Part shown: one piece after another, positions 11,979-23,500 of the stretch
Layout of the letters: each line of letters begins with the position of its first letter
Numbering within the stretch: position 1 is the stretch's first letter
Source: Squalus acanthias
Lineage: Eukaryota
Length of the DNA: 64,000 bases
NCBI GenBank assembly: GCA_030390025.1
Contig: CM059430.1
Location: 61,194,001 to 61,258,000, forward strand
Direction of reading: 5' to 3'
The notes under the pieces: model-generated
Database searches by the model: none
Seen by the model: only the letters and a program-made list of their open reading frames with translations
Told to the model about the DNA's origin: nothing
Position numbers and translations under genes: made by a program

Positions 11979-13480
11979 TCATAGAATCATAGAATCTTAC
12001 AGCACAGAAGGAGGTCATTAGGCCTCTCGCGCCTGTGCCAGCTCTTTGAAAGAGCTGTCAAATTTAGTTCTACACCCCAGCTTTCTCCCCATAACCCTGC
12101 AAATTAGTCCTCTTCAAGTACATGTCCAATTAGCTTTTGAAACTGAGAAGTGTAGAGGATCAGAGGGACCTTGGAGTGCATGTCCACAGATCCCTGAAGG
12201 TAGCAGGACAGGTAGATAAGGTGGTTAAGAAGGCATACGGGATACTTTCCTTTATTAGCCGAGGCATAGAATATAAGTGCAGGGAGGTTATGCTAGAGCT
12301 GTATAAAAACTAGTTAGGCCACAGCTGGAGTACTGAGTACAGTTCTGGTCACCACATTACAGGAAAGATGTGATTGCACTAGAGAGGGCACAGAGGAGAT
12401 TTTCGAGGATGTTGCCAGGACTGGAGAATTTTAGCTATGAGGAAAGATTGGATAGGCTGGGGTTGTTTTCTTTGGAACAGAGGAGGCTGAGGGGAGACTT
12501 GATTGAGGTATATAAAATTATATGGGGCCTAGATAGAGTGGATAGGAAGGACCTATTTCCTTTAGCAGAGAGGTCAATAACCAGGGGGTGTAGATTTAAA
12601 GTAATTGGTCGCAGGATTAGAGGGGAGTTGAGGAGAAATTTTTTCACCCAGAGAGTGGTGGGGTCTGGAACTCACTGTCTGAAAGGGTGGTAGAGGCAGA
12701 AACCCTCATCACATTTAAAAAGTACTTGGATATGCACTTGAAGTGCTGTAACCTACAAGGCTATGGACCAAGACCTGGAATGTGGGATTAGGCTGGATGG
12801 CTCTTTTTTGGCTGGTACAGACATGATGGGTTGAGTGATCTCCTTCTGTGCCGTAAATTTCTATGATTCCATGAAAGTTCCTATGGAATCTGATTCCACC
12901 ACCCTTTCAGGTAGTGCATTCCACATCTTATCAACCCTCTGTGTGATAAATGTTCTCCTCATTTTTCCTCTAGTTCTTTTGCCAATTATTTTAAATTTAT
13001 GACCTTTGGTCACAGACCCACTTGCCAGAGGAAACAGTTTCTCCCTACTTGCTGTATCAAAACCCCTCATAATTTTGAATACTTCTATTAGGTCTCCCCT
13101 TAACCTTCTCTGCTCTAAGGAGAACAATCCCAGCTTTTCCAATCTCTCCACATAACTGAAGTCCCTCATCCCTGGTATCATCCTGGTAAACCTGCTCTGA
13201 GCCCTCTCCAAGGCCTTGACATCCTTCCTAAAGCATGGTGCCTAGAATTGTACACAATACTCCAACTGAGGCCTAACCAGTGATTTGTAAAGGTTTAACA
13301 TGACTTCCCAGTTTTTGTATTCAATGCCCCTATTTACAAAGCCAAGTATCCCATACACTTTCTTAACCACCTTATCAACTTGCTCTGCCACCTTCAAAGA
13401 CTTGTGAATATGTACCTCCAGGTCCCGCTGCTCTTGCACCTCCCCTCAAAATAGTAACATTTAGATTATACTGCCTCTCC
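11979..13480 (-). mobile_element. CR1 LINE 3' portion (-) interrupted by an opposite-strand CR1 at 12143-12871
   Basis: ORFs 13242..13439 and 12861..13211; tail CATAGAATCATAGAAT at ~11980. Confidence 0.85.
12143..12871 (+). mobile_element. 5'-truncated CR1 nested in CR1
   Basis: ORF 12370..12693; tail TTCTATGATTCCATG; short shared TGAAA at both junctions. Confidence 0.85.
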
Positions 13481-14569
13481 AGGTTTTTGTTTACATAGAA
13501 TTTACAGCACAGAAACAGGCCATTCAGCCCAACTGCTCAATGTTGGTGTTTCTGCTCCACACGAGATTCCTCCCACCTTAATTCATCTAACCCCATCTGC
13601 AAACCTTCTAATTAGATTAAGACTTGATTTAGGTTTCTGTAATGCTGAATGGTAAGCATAGTTCAGATGTAAGCAGGTTATTTAACTTACAGATGTAAGT
13701 GTTATTTAACTTAAACTTTCAATGTAAAACCAAGGTCAAAAGTAGGGGTACAGTAGTCTCGTGGTTATGGTAGCAACCCAGAACTTGTGAGTTCATTCCC
13801 ACCATGGTAAGTTGTGAAACTGAATTCAATAAGTTTGGTCATTTGTGGGCTGGCACCAGAAAATGACCCTGAAAGTTGCTGGATTGTTGTAAATACCCAA
13901 CTGGGTCACTACTGTCACTCCAATCCCATGCTACATGATTGACTCTTAATGCCCTCAGGGAACGTGGGAACAGCCTTTCAGTCTCTTGAACCTGTTCCAC
14001 CATTCTGAATGCAGTGCTCCAGGTGGAGTCTGTACAACTGAAGTATTACTTCCTCATTTTTGTATTCCAACACCTTTGAGATAAAGGTCAACATTCCATT
14101 AGACTTTGTGATTACTTTTTGAACCTGTGCATCATCTTTTAGTTACTTGCATGCACGGACACCTAAACCCCTTTGCTCCTCCACAGCTCCTAGTCGCATG
14201 CCATTCAGAAAATATTCCAATTTGTCTTTCTCAGATCCAAAGCGGAAAACCTCACACTCTTCGGGATGGGCAATAAATGTTGCCTTGCCAGTGCTGCCCA
14301 TATGCCAAGAACAAATAAAAGAAAGGAAAATTAATAGACCACAAACAAGATCAGGGATTGGGTGCTAGCTATGTGGGATAAATTCATATCAAAGTAGTTA
14401 CAGCTATTTCAATTAAGCTCATTCTAAACAATATGAATGAATAGAGGAACATGGTTGAAAGTTGAAAGTTATAAGTATAACTATATGAATAGAAGATCAA
14501 CTACTCTCTAGAACACTTTGGTTCCATTCTAGTCTGGAACGTAGCGGTGTCATCTAAGGAATGCAACTG

Positions 14570-14965
14570 ATTACAACTATATGCATTTAATATAGCGCCT
14601 TTAACATAGTAAAACGTCCCAAGGCACTTCACAGAACGTTACCAAACAAAATTTGACACCGAGCCGCATAAGAAGATATTAAAAAAGGTGACCAGAAGCT
14701 TGATTAAAGAAGTAGTTTTTAGGGAGCGGGTTAAAGGAGGAGCGAGGTAGAGAGGCAGAAATTTTAGGGAGGGAATTCCAGAGTTTAGGTCCTAGGGAGC
14801 TGAAGGCACGGCCGCCAATGGTGGGGCAATGAAAATCGGGGATGCACAAGAGGCCAGAATTGGAGGAGCGCAGCGATCTTGGAGGATTGTAGAGCTGGAA
14901 GAGGTTACAGAAATAGGGAGGAGCAAGTCCATGGAGGGTTTTGTAAACAAGGATGAGAATTTGAT
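14570..14965 (-). mobile_element. L2 LINE 3' fragment
   Basis: Reverse-complement similarity to the L2 3' end at 17985-18427. Confidence 0.7.
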
Positions 14966-15649
14966 TAGGTTGAATAGTATAGATTGTAATATCACACTGA
15001 TACTTTACTCAATTTTATTTGGGAGTCAAATAGAATTTTTTTCCATTTTGAAAATTTTAAGTGGGATTATTTATCTCCCTTCACCAATTAAATAACTTGG
15101 AGAGAGTCCTGGACAGTGCCAATTGTACATGGTCTGTTGGAAGAAGCATGCCCGAGGGATCAAATGATTTTCAAATTTTATTCACCAACAGAGGTAAAAG
15201 CAACAGAGGTTGACCGTAACACTCCGTTAGTAATTTGTTTTCAAATCAAAAGATGATATGGAGATGGAAGATGGCATTTAGTCCATCAAACCAATTGCCT
15301 CCAACAGATAACGTACAACCTGCACAGTGGTGGACTCTCCTCCAATTTACCCAATCTCATGAGGAATGGAATAACCACGCACAAAATTTCTAAGTAGATA
15401 AAATTGTGAAAGTACTTCCTAACTCCAAAAATCAACTGCAAGATATCTCTCGAATATTAAAATCGATCTTACTTAGTTCTGACTAGTTGCATTCTACTGA
15501 CTGCAGTTCCATGGTTTTTCACGAAATGGACCCACAATTTTCTGAAATTGGTTGTCTGAGCATTCGTTTGTGTATGTACTTCTTCTTGATCTCATGATCT
15601 TAACCAGAAAGTCATTCAATTTCATTGTAACGGACTTCACCAGCATAAG

Positions 15650-17520
15650 GCAATTGGTAAAAGAACCTGAGGCGACGTGAGGAAAAAAAAATTTACGCAG
15701 CGAGTTGTGGAATGCACTGCCTGAAAGGGTGGTGGAAGCAGATTCAATAAACGCTTTCAAAAGGGAATTGGATAAATACTTTAAGGGGTAAAATTTGCAG
15801 TGCTATGGGGAATGAGCAGGGGAGTGGAACTAATTGGATAGCTCTTTCAAAGAGCCGGCATAGACACAATGGGCAAATGGCCTCCTTCTGTGTTGTATCA
15901 TTCTATAATTCATGATTCTATGATAGTTGTTTTTGGTGGACATTTATTCCACATATCAATAACCTATTGAAAGAAAATGAACTCCTCTCTTTCTTTGAGG
16001 TTTTCTGATTGACAGCAAATTATATATCTTTCTCCAAAAGTGCACCGCCTCACACTTATCTGCATTAAATTACATCTGCCATGTGTCTGCCCATTTCACC
16101 AGTCTGTCTATGTGCTCCTGAAGTCTGCTACTATCCTGCTCACTATTTACTACGTTGCCAAGTTTAGTATCATCCACAAACTTCAAAATTGTACTTCCTA
16201 CACCCAAGTCCAAGTCATTTATGTAGAACAAGAACAGAAAATTGTTCTGGCTTCACACATAGTTTACAGATAATATGCAATTTTAAAAATTATTAATAAT
16301 TATTTACTATAGTATTCTATGTCTAGATTTGTGCTTTGACTCTTAAAGGATTATTTTCTCAGAGGCTAAAACTGCATATAATAGCATGTAATAGATGTAA
16401 TAACAAGCTGTAGTTAACTGTTAACTGTAACAAGGAAAGATATTTCATAAATTTGAATCTTTTGGTTGCTGGGACATGTATAAATTCTCAGAGTAATTGT
16501 ATTGGGATGCAATTCACAGATTTCCATTGCCTAATGCATCTGTTAACCCAGCTTAATAAGTGACTTAACTCTGTATTTGAGCTTTTGCATTAAAGGAATG
16601 TTTGCCGATGACACAAAGATTGGTGGCAAAGTAAGTTGTGTAGATGGGAGCATAAAATTAAAAAGAGACATTAATAGATTAAGTGAGTGGGCAAAACTGT
16701 GGGAGATGGATTTCAGCACAGGTAAGTGTGAGGTCATCCAGTTTGGACTAAAAAAGGTTAGATCCAAGATTTTTTTAAACTGTGAAAAGTTAGGAACAGT
16801 GGAGGTCCACAGAGATTTAGGGATCTATGTACACAGATCACCAAAATGTAGTAGTCAGGTACAAAAAATAATCAAAAAGGCTAATGGAATGTTAGCCTTT
16901 ATAACTAGAGGGCTAGAATAAAAATGGGAGGACGTATTGCTACAGCTAAACAAAGCCCTGGTTAGACAACATCGGGAGTACTGTGCACAGTTCTGGGCAC
17001 TGCACCTTAGAAAGGATATATTGTCCTTGGAAGAAGTGCAGAGCTGAATCACTAGAATGTTACCAGGGTTCCAAGGGTTAAATTATGAGGTGAGGTTACA
17101 TAAACTAGGCACATATTTCCTGGAATATAAAAGATTAAAGGGTGATTTGATTGAGGTTTTTAGGATTTTGAAAGGAATTGATAGGGTAGATAGAGTAACT
17201 TTTTCCTCTGGTGGTTGAGTCTAGGACAAGGGGACATAGCCTTTAAATCAGAGCCAGGCCATTCAGGAGAGTAGTTAGGAAACAGCTCTTCATGCATAGG
17301 GTGGTAGAAGTGTGGAGCTCTCTCCCACAAAAAGCAGTAGATGCTAGCTCAATTAATAATTTTAAATCTGAGATCAATAGATTTTTGCTAGCCAAAATAT
17401 GGATATGGAGCCAAGGCAGGTGGATGGAGTTAGGATACAGATTAGCTAGATCTCATTGAATGGTGGAACAGGCTCAGGGGGCTGAATGGCCTACTCCTCT
17501 TCCTATCTGTGTTCCTATGA
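15650..17520. mobile_element. CR1 fragments (+ 15650-15925, - ~16040-16225, + ~16590-17520)
   Basis: ORF 16577..16921 (MFADDTKIGG...[10 protein letters not shown]) and CR1 3' UTR/tails. Confidence 0.8.
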
Positions 17521-17634
17521 ATGGAGTTCTAGGTTATGACACTATTTGGAGCAGTGCTTCATTAATGTATGAAGCATTGCTGTTGGTATTTTCAAGGACA
17601 TCCAGTACTGGATAAACAGAAATTTCTTCCGACT

Positions 17635-18427
17635 AAATATTGTGAAGATCAATGCCATTGTCTTTGGTCCCCGCCACAAACTCCGTTCCTGAGCCACCAA
17701 CTCCATCCCTTTCCCTGGCAACTGTCTGAGGCTGAACTAGACCCTTCGTAAACTTGGTGTCGTATTTGACACTGAGATGAGCTTCCAACCACAGATCTGC
17801 TTCCTCACCAAGACTGCCTACTTCCACCTCCATAACATAGCCCGACTCAGCCCCACCTCAGCTCATCTGCTGCTGAAACCCTCATCCATGCCTTTGTACA
17901 CTTGACTATTCCAATGCTCCCCTGACTGGCCTCCCATCTTCCATCCTATATAAACTTGAGCTCATCCAAAACTCTGCTGTCCGTATGCTAACTCACACCA
18001 AGTCCCATTCACCCACCCCCAATGTGCTCATTGACCTACATTGGCTCCTGGTCCTGCAAAACCTCAATTTTAAAATTCTCATCCTTGTTTTCAAATCCCT
18101 CCATGGCCTCGCCCCTCCCTATCTCTGTAACCACCTCCAGCCCCACATACCTTTGAGATCTCTGTACTCTTCCAATTCTGGTCTCTTGCGCATCCTCGAT
18201 TTTAATCGCTCCACCATTGACGGCTGTGCCTTCAGCTGCCTAGGCTCTAAGCTTTGGAATTCCCTCCCTAAACCTCTCCGCCTCTCTATTTTTTCCTCCT
18301 TTAAGACCCTCCTTAAAACCTACTTTCATCTGTCCCAATGTCAAATTTGTTTGATAACGCTCTTGTGAAGCACCTTGGGAAGCTTTACTACTTTAAAGGC
18401 GCTATATAAATGCAAGTTGTTGTTGTT
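17635..18427 (+). mobile_element. L2 LINE 3' portion
   Basis: ORF 17985..18368 LHWL...FKILILVFKSLHGLAPPYL...LWNSLP, the L2 ORF2 C-terminus; tail GCTATATAAATGCAAGTTGTTGTTGTT. Confidence 0.8.
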
Positions 18428-18520
18428 AGATAGTTTATGGAGGGTTTTTGGATTGACAGAGACTTGATGATGTTCTTTTGTTCTTTTGAGCCATGGCAAC
18501 TCTTTGGATGCTGATCTGAA

Positions 18521-20063
18521 GTCATAGAATCATAGAAATTTACAGCACAGAAGGAGGCCATTCGGCCCATCTTGTCCGTGCCAGCTGACAAAGAGCTATC
18601 CAGCCTAATCCCACTTTCCAGCACTTGGTCCATATCCTTGTAGGTTACGGCACTTCAAGTGCATATCCAAGTACTTTTTAAATGTGATGAGGGTTTCTGC
18701 CTCTACCACCTTTTCAGGCAGTGAGTTTCAGACCCCCACCACCCTCTGGGTGAAAACATTTCTCCTCAAATTCCCTCTAAACCTCCTAACAATTACTTTA
18801 AATCTGTGCCCCCTGGTTATTGACCCCTCTGCTAAGGGAAATAGATCCTTCCTATCCACTCTATCTAGGCCCCTCATAATTTTATACACCTCAATTAGGT
18901 CTCCCCTCAGCCTCTGCTGTTCCAAAGAAAACAACCCCAGCCTATCCAATCTTTCCTCATAGCTAAAATTCCCCAGCCCAGGCAACATCCTCGTAAATCT
19001 TCTCTGCACCCTCTCCAGTGCAATCACATCCTTCCTGTAATGTGGTGACCAGAACTGCATGCAGTATTCTAGCTGCAGCCTAACTAGTGTTTTATACAGT
19101 TCAAGCATAACCTCCCTGCTCTTATACTCTATGGGCCATATATTCCGATCCCTACGGGTGTGTACGCGCTGTGTACACACCCGTAGGGACATCGGAAATG
19201 CCGGTTTCAGGCATGCCAAGCCTTGACAGATCGGACGCCTGCCCTAGAGAAGGGCCTCTGTGGGCAGATAGTTCTGCTTCCTGGAGAACCTTCACCCGCA
19301 GAAAACCCTTAGAAATCTTACACCTGGCAAAAGCAGGCGTAAGGCCTGCTTTTACCAGCTTAAGATTTGAAAAAGTAAAAAAAAAAAAATTTTTTCCACT
19401 CATTTATCATTTAAAAATACTTTAAAACAGGTAAGTTTATTTTTAGCCCTGTAAAAAACTTTAATTATTTTTTTCAAAAAATGTAATTTTTGTTTAAAAT
19501 GTTTAATTTATTGCAATTTCAACTCATTTTAAAAATGTTATTTTTTAATTTAATTTAATTTAATTTTTAAAGTGTTTTTGGGGTGATCTCCATTCATATA
19601 TTTGGGATACGTGGGCCCTGCACATTTTGAGTTGGAGAGGCCCAGGAGCAGACGTGTCTGGACCTCGGGAGCCCTCAGGTAAGTCCGTAGATTTTTTCCA
19701 GATTGGAGGCCTCCGCACACGGTAAACCTCCGATCGGAAAATACGGCCCTATTCCTCGGCTAATAAAGGCAAGTATTCCGTATGCCTTCTTAACCATCTT
19801 ATCTACCTGTCCTGCTACCTTCAGGGATCTGTGGACATGCACTCCAAGGTCCCTCTGATCCTCTGCACTTCTCAGTGTCCTACCATTTATTGTGTATTCC
19901 CTTGCCTTGTTAGCCCTCCCCAAATGCATTACCTCACACTTCTCCAGATTGAATTCCATTTGCCACTGTTCTGCCCACCTGACCAGTCCATTGCTATCTT
20001 CCTGCAGTCTACAGCTTTCTTCTTCATTATCAACCACACGGCCAATTTTTGTATCATCTGCAA
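18521..20063 (-). mobile_element. CR1 LINE (-), interrupted by MITE 19133-19749; its truncated 5' end is ~310 bp from the OGFOD1 ATG
   Basis: ORFs 19675..20082 (ADDTKIG...ISRGI) and 18728..19219 (EYKSREV...) join across the MITE. Confidence 0.9.
19133..19749. mobile_element. Harbinger-type MITE, GGGCC-TIR family
   Basis: TIRs GGGCCATATATTCCGATC / GATCGGAAAATACGGCCC; 3-bp TSD TAT splitting the CR1 codons; homologous to 45202-45952. Confidence 0.9.
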
Positions 20064-20189
20064 GTGTAATAGGAAAGGACAAATATTGATAAAAGTGGCT
20101 GCAGTCCCGTTTGCTACCACTGGGAGTACACTATCTCCTCGCTCAGGTTTCTGATGAGCAGTGTTGCAGTTGCCATTGCCCACCCCTGT

Positions 20190-20374
20190 TCGTACACTCC
20201 ACCACTGGAGGCGCTGCCCAAGGGGGCTGCAGTTCCTGCTCGACCTCTCGGTGGCGCCGTTCCGGGAGACGCCGTTCCCTGAGGCGCGCCAGGGGCTGCC
20301 GGGAAATGTAGTCCCCCAGTGAGGCAGTGTGTGGCGGTGACTCGCAGCATTGGAACGGCTGCTCCGGGATAGCG
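20190..20374 (+). promoter_or_regulatory. CpG-rich OGFOD1 promoter/5' UTR with ZNF143(STAF)/THAP11-type motif at ~20296-20314
   Basis: GGGAAATGTAGT at 20301-20312 = ACTACATTTCCC on -, matching the ACTACAnnTCCC element; CpG-dense in a CpG-depleted background. Confidence 0.75.
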
Positions 20375-20528
20375 ATGAGCTCGAAGAGGTTACGGAGTGA
20401 TCCGGAGAGTGGGGTCGGAAGGAAGAGACAGCTAAAGCGGCAGGAGCTCGCGGAACTCAACCCTCTGTTGCTGGAAGCGAAGGAGCGAGTCAGCGAGGCC
20501 TGGAGCCGGGGGCTCGAGTACTCGCACG
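20375..20528 (+). CDS. OGFOD1: OGFOD1 exon 1 (154 nt)
   Basis: [21 protein letters not shown]...[13 protein letters not shown]; donor G|GTGAGG. Confidence 0.9.
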
Positions 20529-23500
20529 GTGAGGGGAAGCAAGGGTATGGGGCTGGGAGAAGGGGGTGCAAGTCCCAGATGGCGAAGAGAGGCGGGACAG
20601 TCACAGATCCCAAGGCCGGAGAAACAATTCCGATGTCAGCTTGGCTCGGTGGGAGCACTCTTGTGTCAGTCAGAAGGTCATGGATTCAAGCCCCATTCTA
20701 AGATTTGAGCACATAATCCTGGCTGACACTTCAGTGCAGTATTGAGGGAGTGCTGCACTGTCGGAGTGCTGTCTTTTTGCTGAGACATTAGACCGAAGCC
20801 CCTTTTGCCTGCTTAGGTGGATGTAAAAGATCTGATTGCACCGTTTGAAGTAGAGCAGGGGAGTTCTCCCAGTGTCCTGGCCAACATTTATCCCTCAACC
20901 AGCACCACTAAAAACAGATTCATCTCTTTGTTGTTTGTGGGAGCTTGCTGTGGGAAATTCGGCTGCTGTCTTTGCCTAATGATTCATAATGCTTCACATT
21001 GACGCTAAGGTTGCAGTATGAATCTGGGGTCTGGTCCTGATCTGACTTTGGAGAGAAGCGGTGTGAGATTCTCTAGAGGGAGCAGCCTCATCGGGCTTTA
21101 CGTTGGGGAGTAACTCCAGTTTGGTGTCAAACCTGTAATCATAAAGTGCCAGGAAGTCTATTAGACCTCTTAAATATATTTTAAACTTAAGCACATTTGA
21201 TTTGATTTAAATGCAAAGAGAGTGCGAATGCACAATCTGTACATTCAAACATTAATAGCCAGGAGGAGAGCTCTGCACATGCTGAGCTCTTAACTTGCCA
21301 GAAAAATTTGAGTCCAAACCAGGCAACATAACTGAGAGGCTTGGCTGGAACCAATACTGCAGATACTGGTACTTGTAACAGTGTATGGATATTTGCTCTT
21401 TGTAGTCTTTAGGAGTCTGTGACAATTCAACTTACTTTTTACTTTTGCAAAAATGCTGAATTTTAACAAAAACATTCCCATGACTGTAATTTATTGCAGC
21501 AAAACTGCTCCTTGCCAAGGTATTTAACTGTGTCTTTGCTCCTCCCTTTACAGAGCAGGGTCTGCTGCTGGACACTCGGCCATTTACACACTGTGTGATT
21601 TCAAATTTTATCCAGAGTCAACCATTCCTGGAGGGGCTTCAGAATGAGCTTCTGCAGCTGAACTTTCGTGAAAAATCCAATGATCTCTATAAATTCAAGC
21701 AGGTGAGAAACAGATTATGGCAAACGGAAGGGTTAGGTGGAGAGAGATAACAAAATGAAGTTGATAACAGAAAGGCAGGAACTGTTGCTATGTGCACATC
21801 AGTTGCTGGTTCCATTGTTTGCAGACTGTATTGAATGAAAGTACCTCACGTATCATGGCGCAACAGATACATAGGAGTGGTATAGACTGACAGAATTTCT
21901 GAACAGCAGAGGGACCAGATACACTGGAGTAATGTAGGGCAAGAGAATCACTGCAGCAGAGTGGAATGGGCACACTAGAGTGATCGAGTCAGATGAAAGA
22001 AAGAAAGAATTAACTTGCATTTATGTAGTGCCTTTCTCACAACATCAGGACACTCTGAAGTGCTTTACAGTCAATTAAGTACTTTTGAAGTGTAGTCACT
22101 GTTGTAATCTAGGAAGATCTTTGTGCAGCAAAATTCTTGGAATGATGTAGCATGAGGTGATCCTTGTGCAGCAAAAATCCTGGAATCATGTTGGGTGAGG
22201 TGATCTGGTGTGGAAGAGTCTTTCCAGAGTGATGAAGGACAAACAAATTACTTGTCCAGTCTATCCACTTACAATCACTGCCATTTTTAGTCTCTTAAGA
22301 CATACCACAGGTTGTGGACATTTTTTTAACGTCTTGAGTATTTACTAATATATTCAACAGAGACTGGAGGGAATAAAACACAGCCAACCTCCATATTGTG
22401 ATGCCTGAAATGACTGTCTATAGCACTGGGGAGTTGTGATTCTGAATGTAAATATTCAGACTGAGGTGATAGAGTGAGGTTCTAGATGTGAATATTCAGA
22501 ACTGATTGAGTTTCTAGATGTAGGTAATCAAATGGAGCTAATAAAGGAAAGGTTATAGATGTAAATATTCAGGCAGAACTGATACATTGAGGTTCCAGAT
22601 GTAAATATTATGGTTTTTTTTTCTTGACAGTCTGATGACCTCAGGAGGAGGAAAGAATATCATATCTCAGCACTAAGGTGAGTTACTGTGAACCCATCTT
22701 CTCTGAGCTCGCTCAGGGCACAATTTGAACTGAATTATTGGACTAAAATGTGTTGTGTTTTCAGGTATATTTCCCTTGTTGCAGCACTGATTTTCAGTTG
22801 AGTAGTCTCCAGTATGCTTTGTATGTGTTGTGGAAACTAGTGAGAGGGTGAATTTAGCACCTCTGAGACCAAGCTACTGCTGCACATTTGGGTGAAATGT
22901 AGGAATAAACTAGTTTGAAGATTCACTGGCATAAAATAAATGATTTTTTGCAAAACCTTTTGAAGAAGCAAATTAAACTCAGCCAAGCCATCTCGCTGCA
23001 CAGAAGCATATTTATTGTTGCTTTCATTCTGTTTGTGAATTCTGCAAGCTTGCGTTTACTCCTGCACACACTCTGGGAATCGCATGCAAATGTTTTGTCC
23101 TGCCCTTTAAAAAAAAAAGTTTTCTCCTTTTGTTTGGTCTCGTGTACTAGACACTTTCTCTGGCTGAGACTGACCAATTTAACCCTTCACCCTCATGCTA
23201 GCCTTGTATCACCCTTGCCCTTCATGCTGACAGTGTTTGTGTTCCTGTTCTAGCCCCATACACTTTACTGTGATCTCTCCAAATCGTTTTCTTACAGACC
23301 CTCAATCATATTTTCTTTCTGAAACATTCACTGACGGCCTTTTCGACATATTGCATTATGCTCCCTCCAACATCTTCAGTGAGTACCCTGTCCATAAGAT
23401 ATGGGAATGCAAGAAAAGCTACTTTCCACTGAGTCCACTGAAACTGATCTGTCCAGTACCCAACTGTGTTTTGAATGACCATAAAGTTGGTATCTCATTG

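Noticed and set aside
20198-20232. CTCF-like motifs in the promoter
   Set aside because: Imperfect matches, expected by chance in GC-rich DNA
19929-20658. Minus-strand ORFs at the promoter as a NUDT21 first exon or a new gene
   Set aside because: No resemblance to the NUDT21 N-terminus; they run into CR1 or are GC-rich antisense shadows of OGFOD1 exon 1
20638-20700. tRNA gene
   Set aside because: A/B boxes continue into a SINE body repeated several times in the window; no full cloverleaf evident
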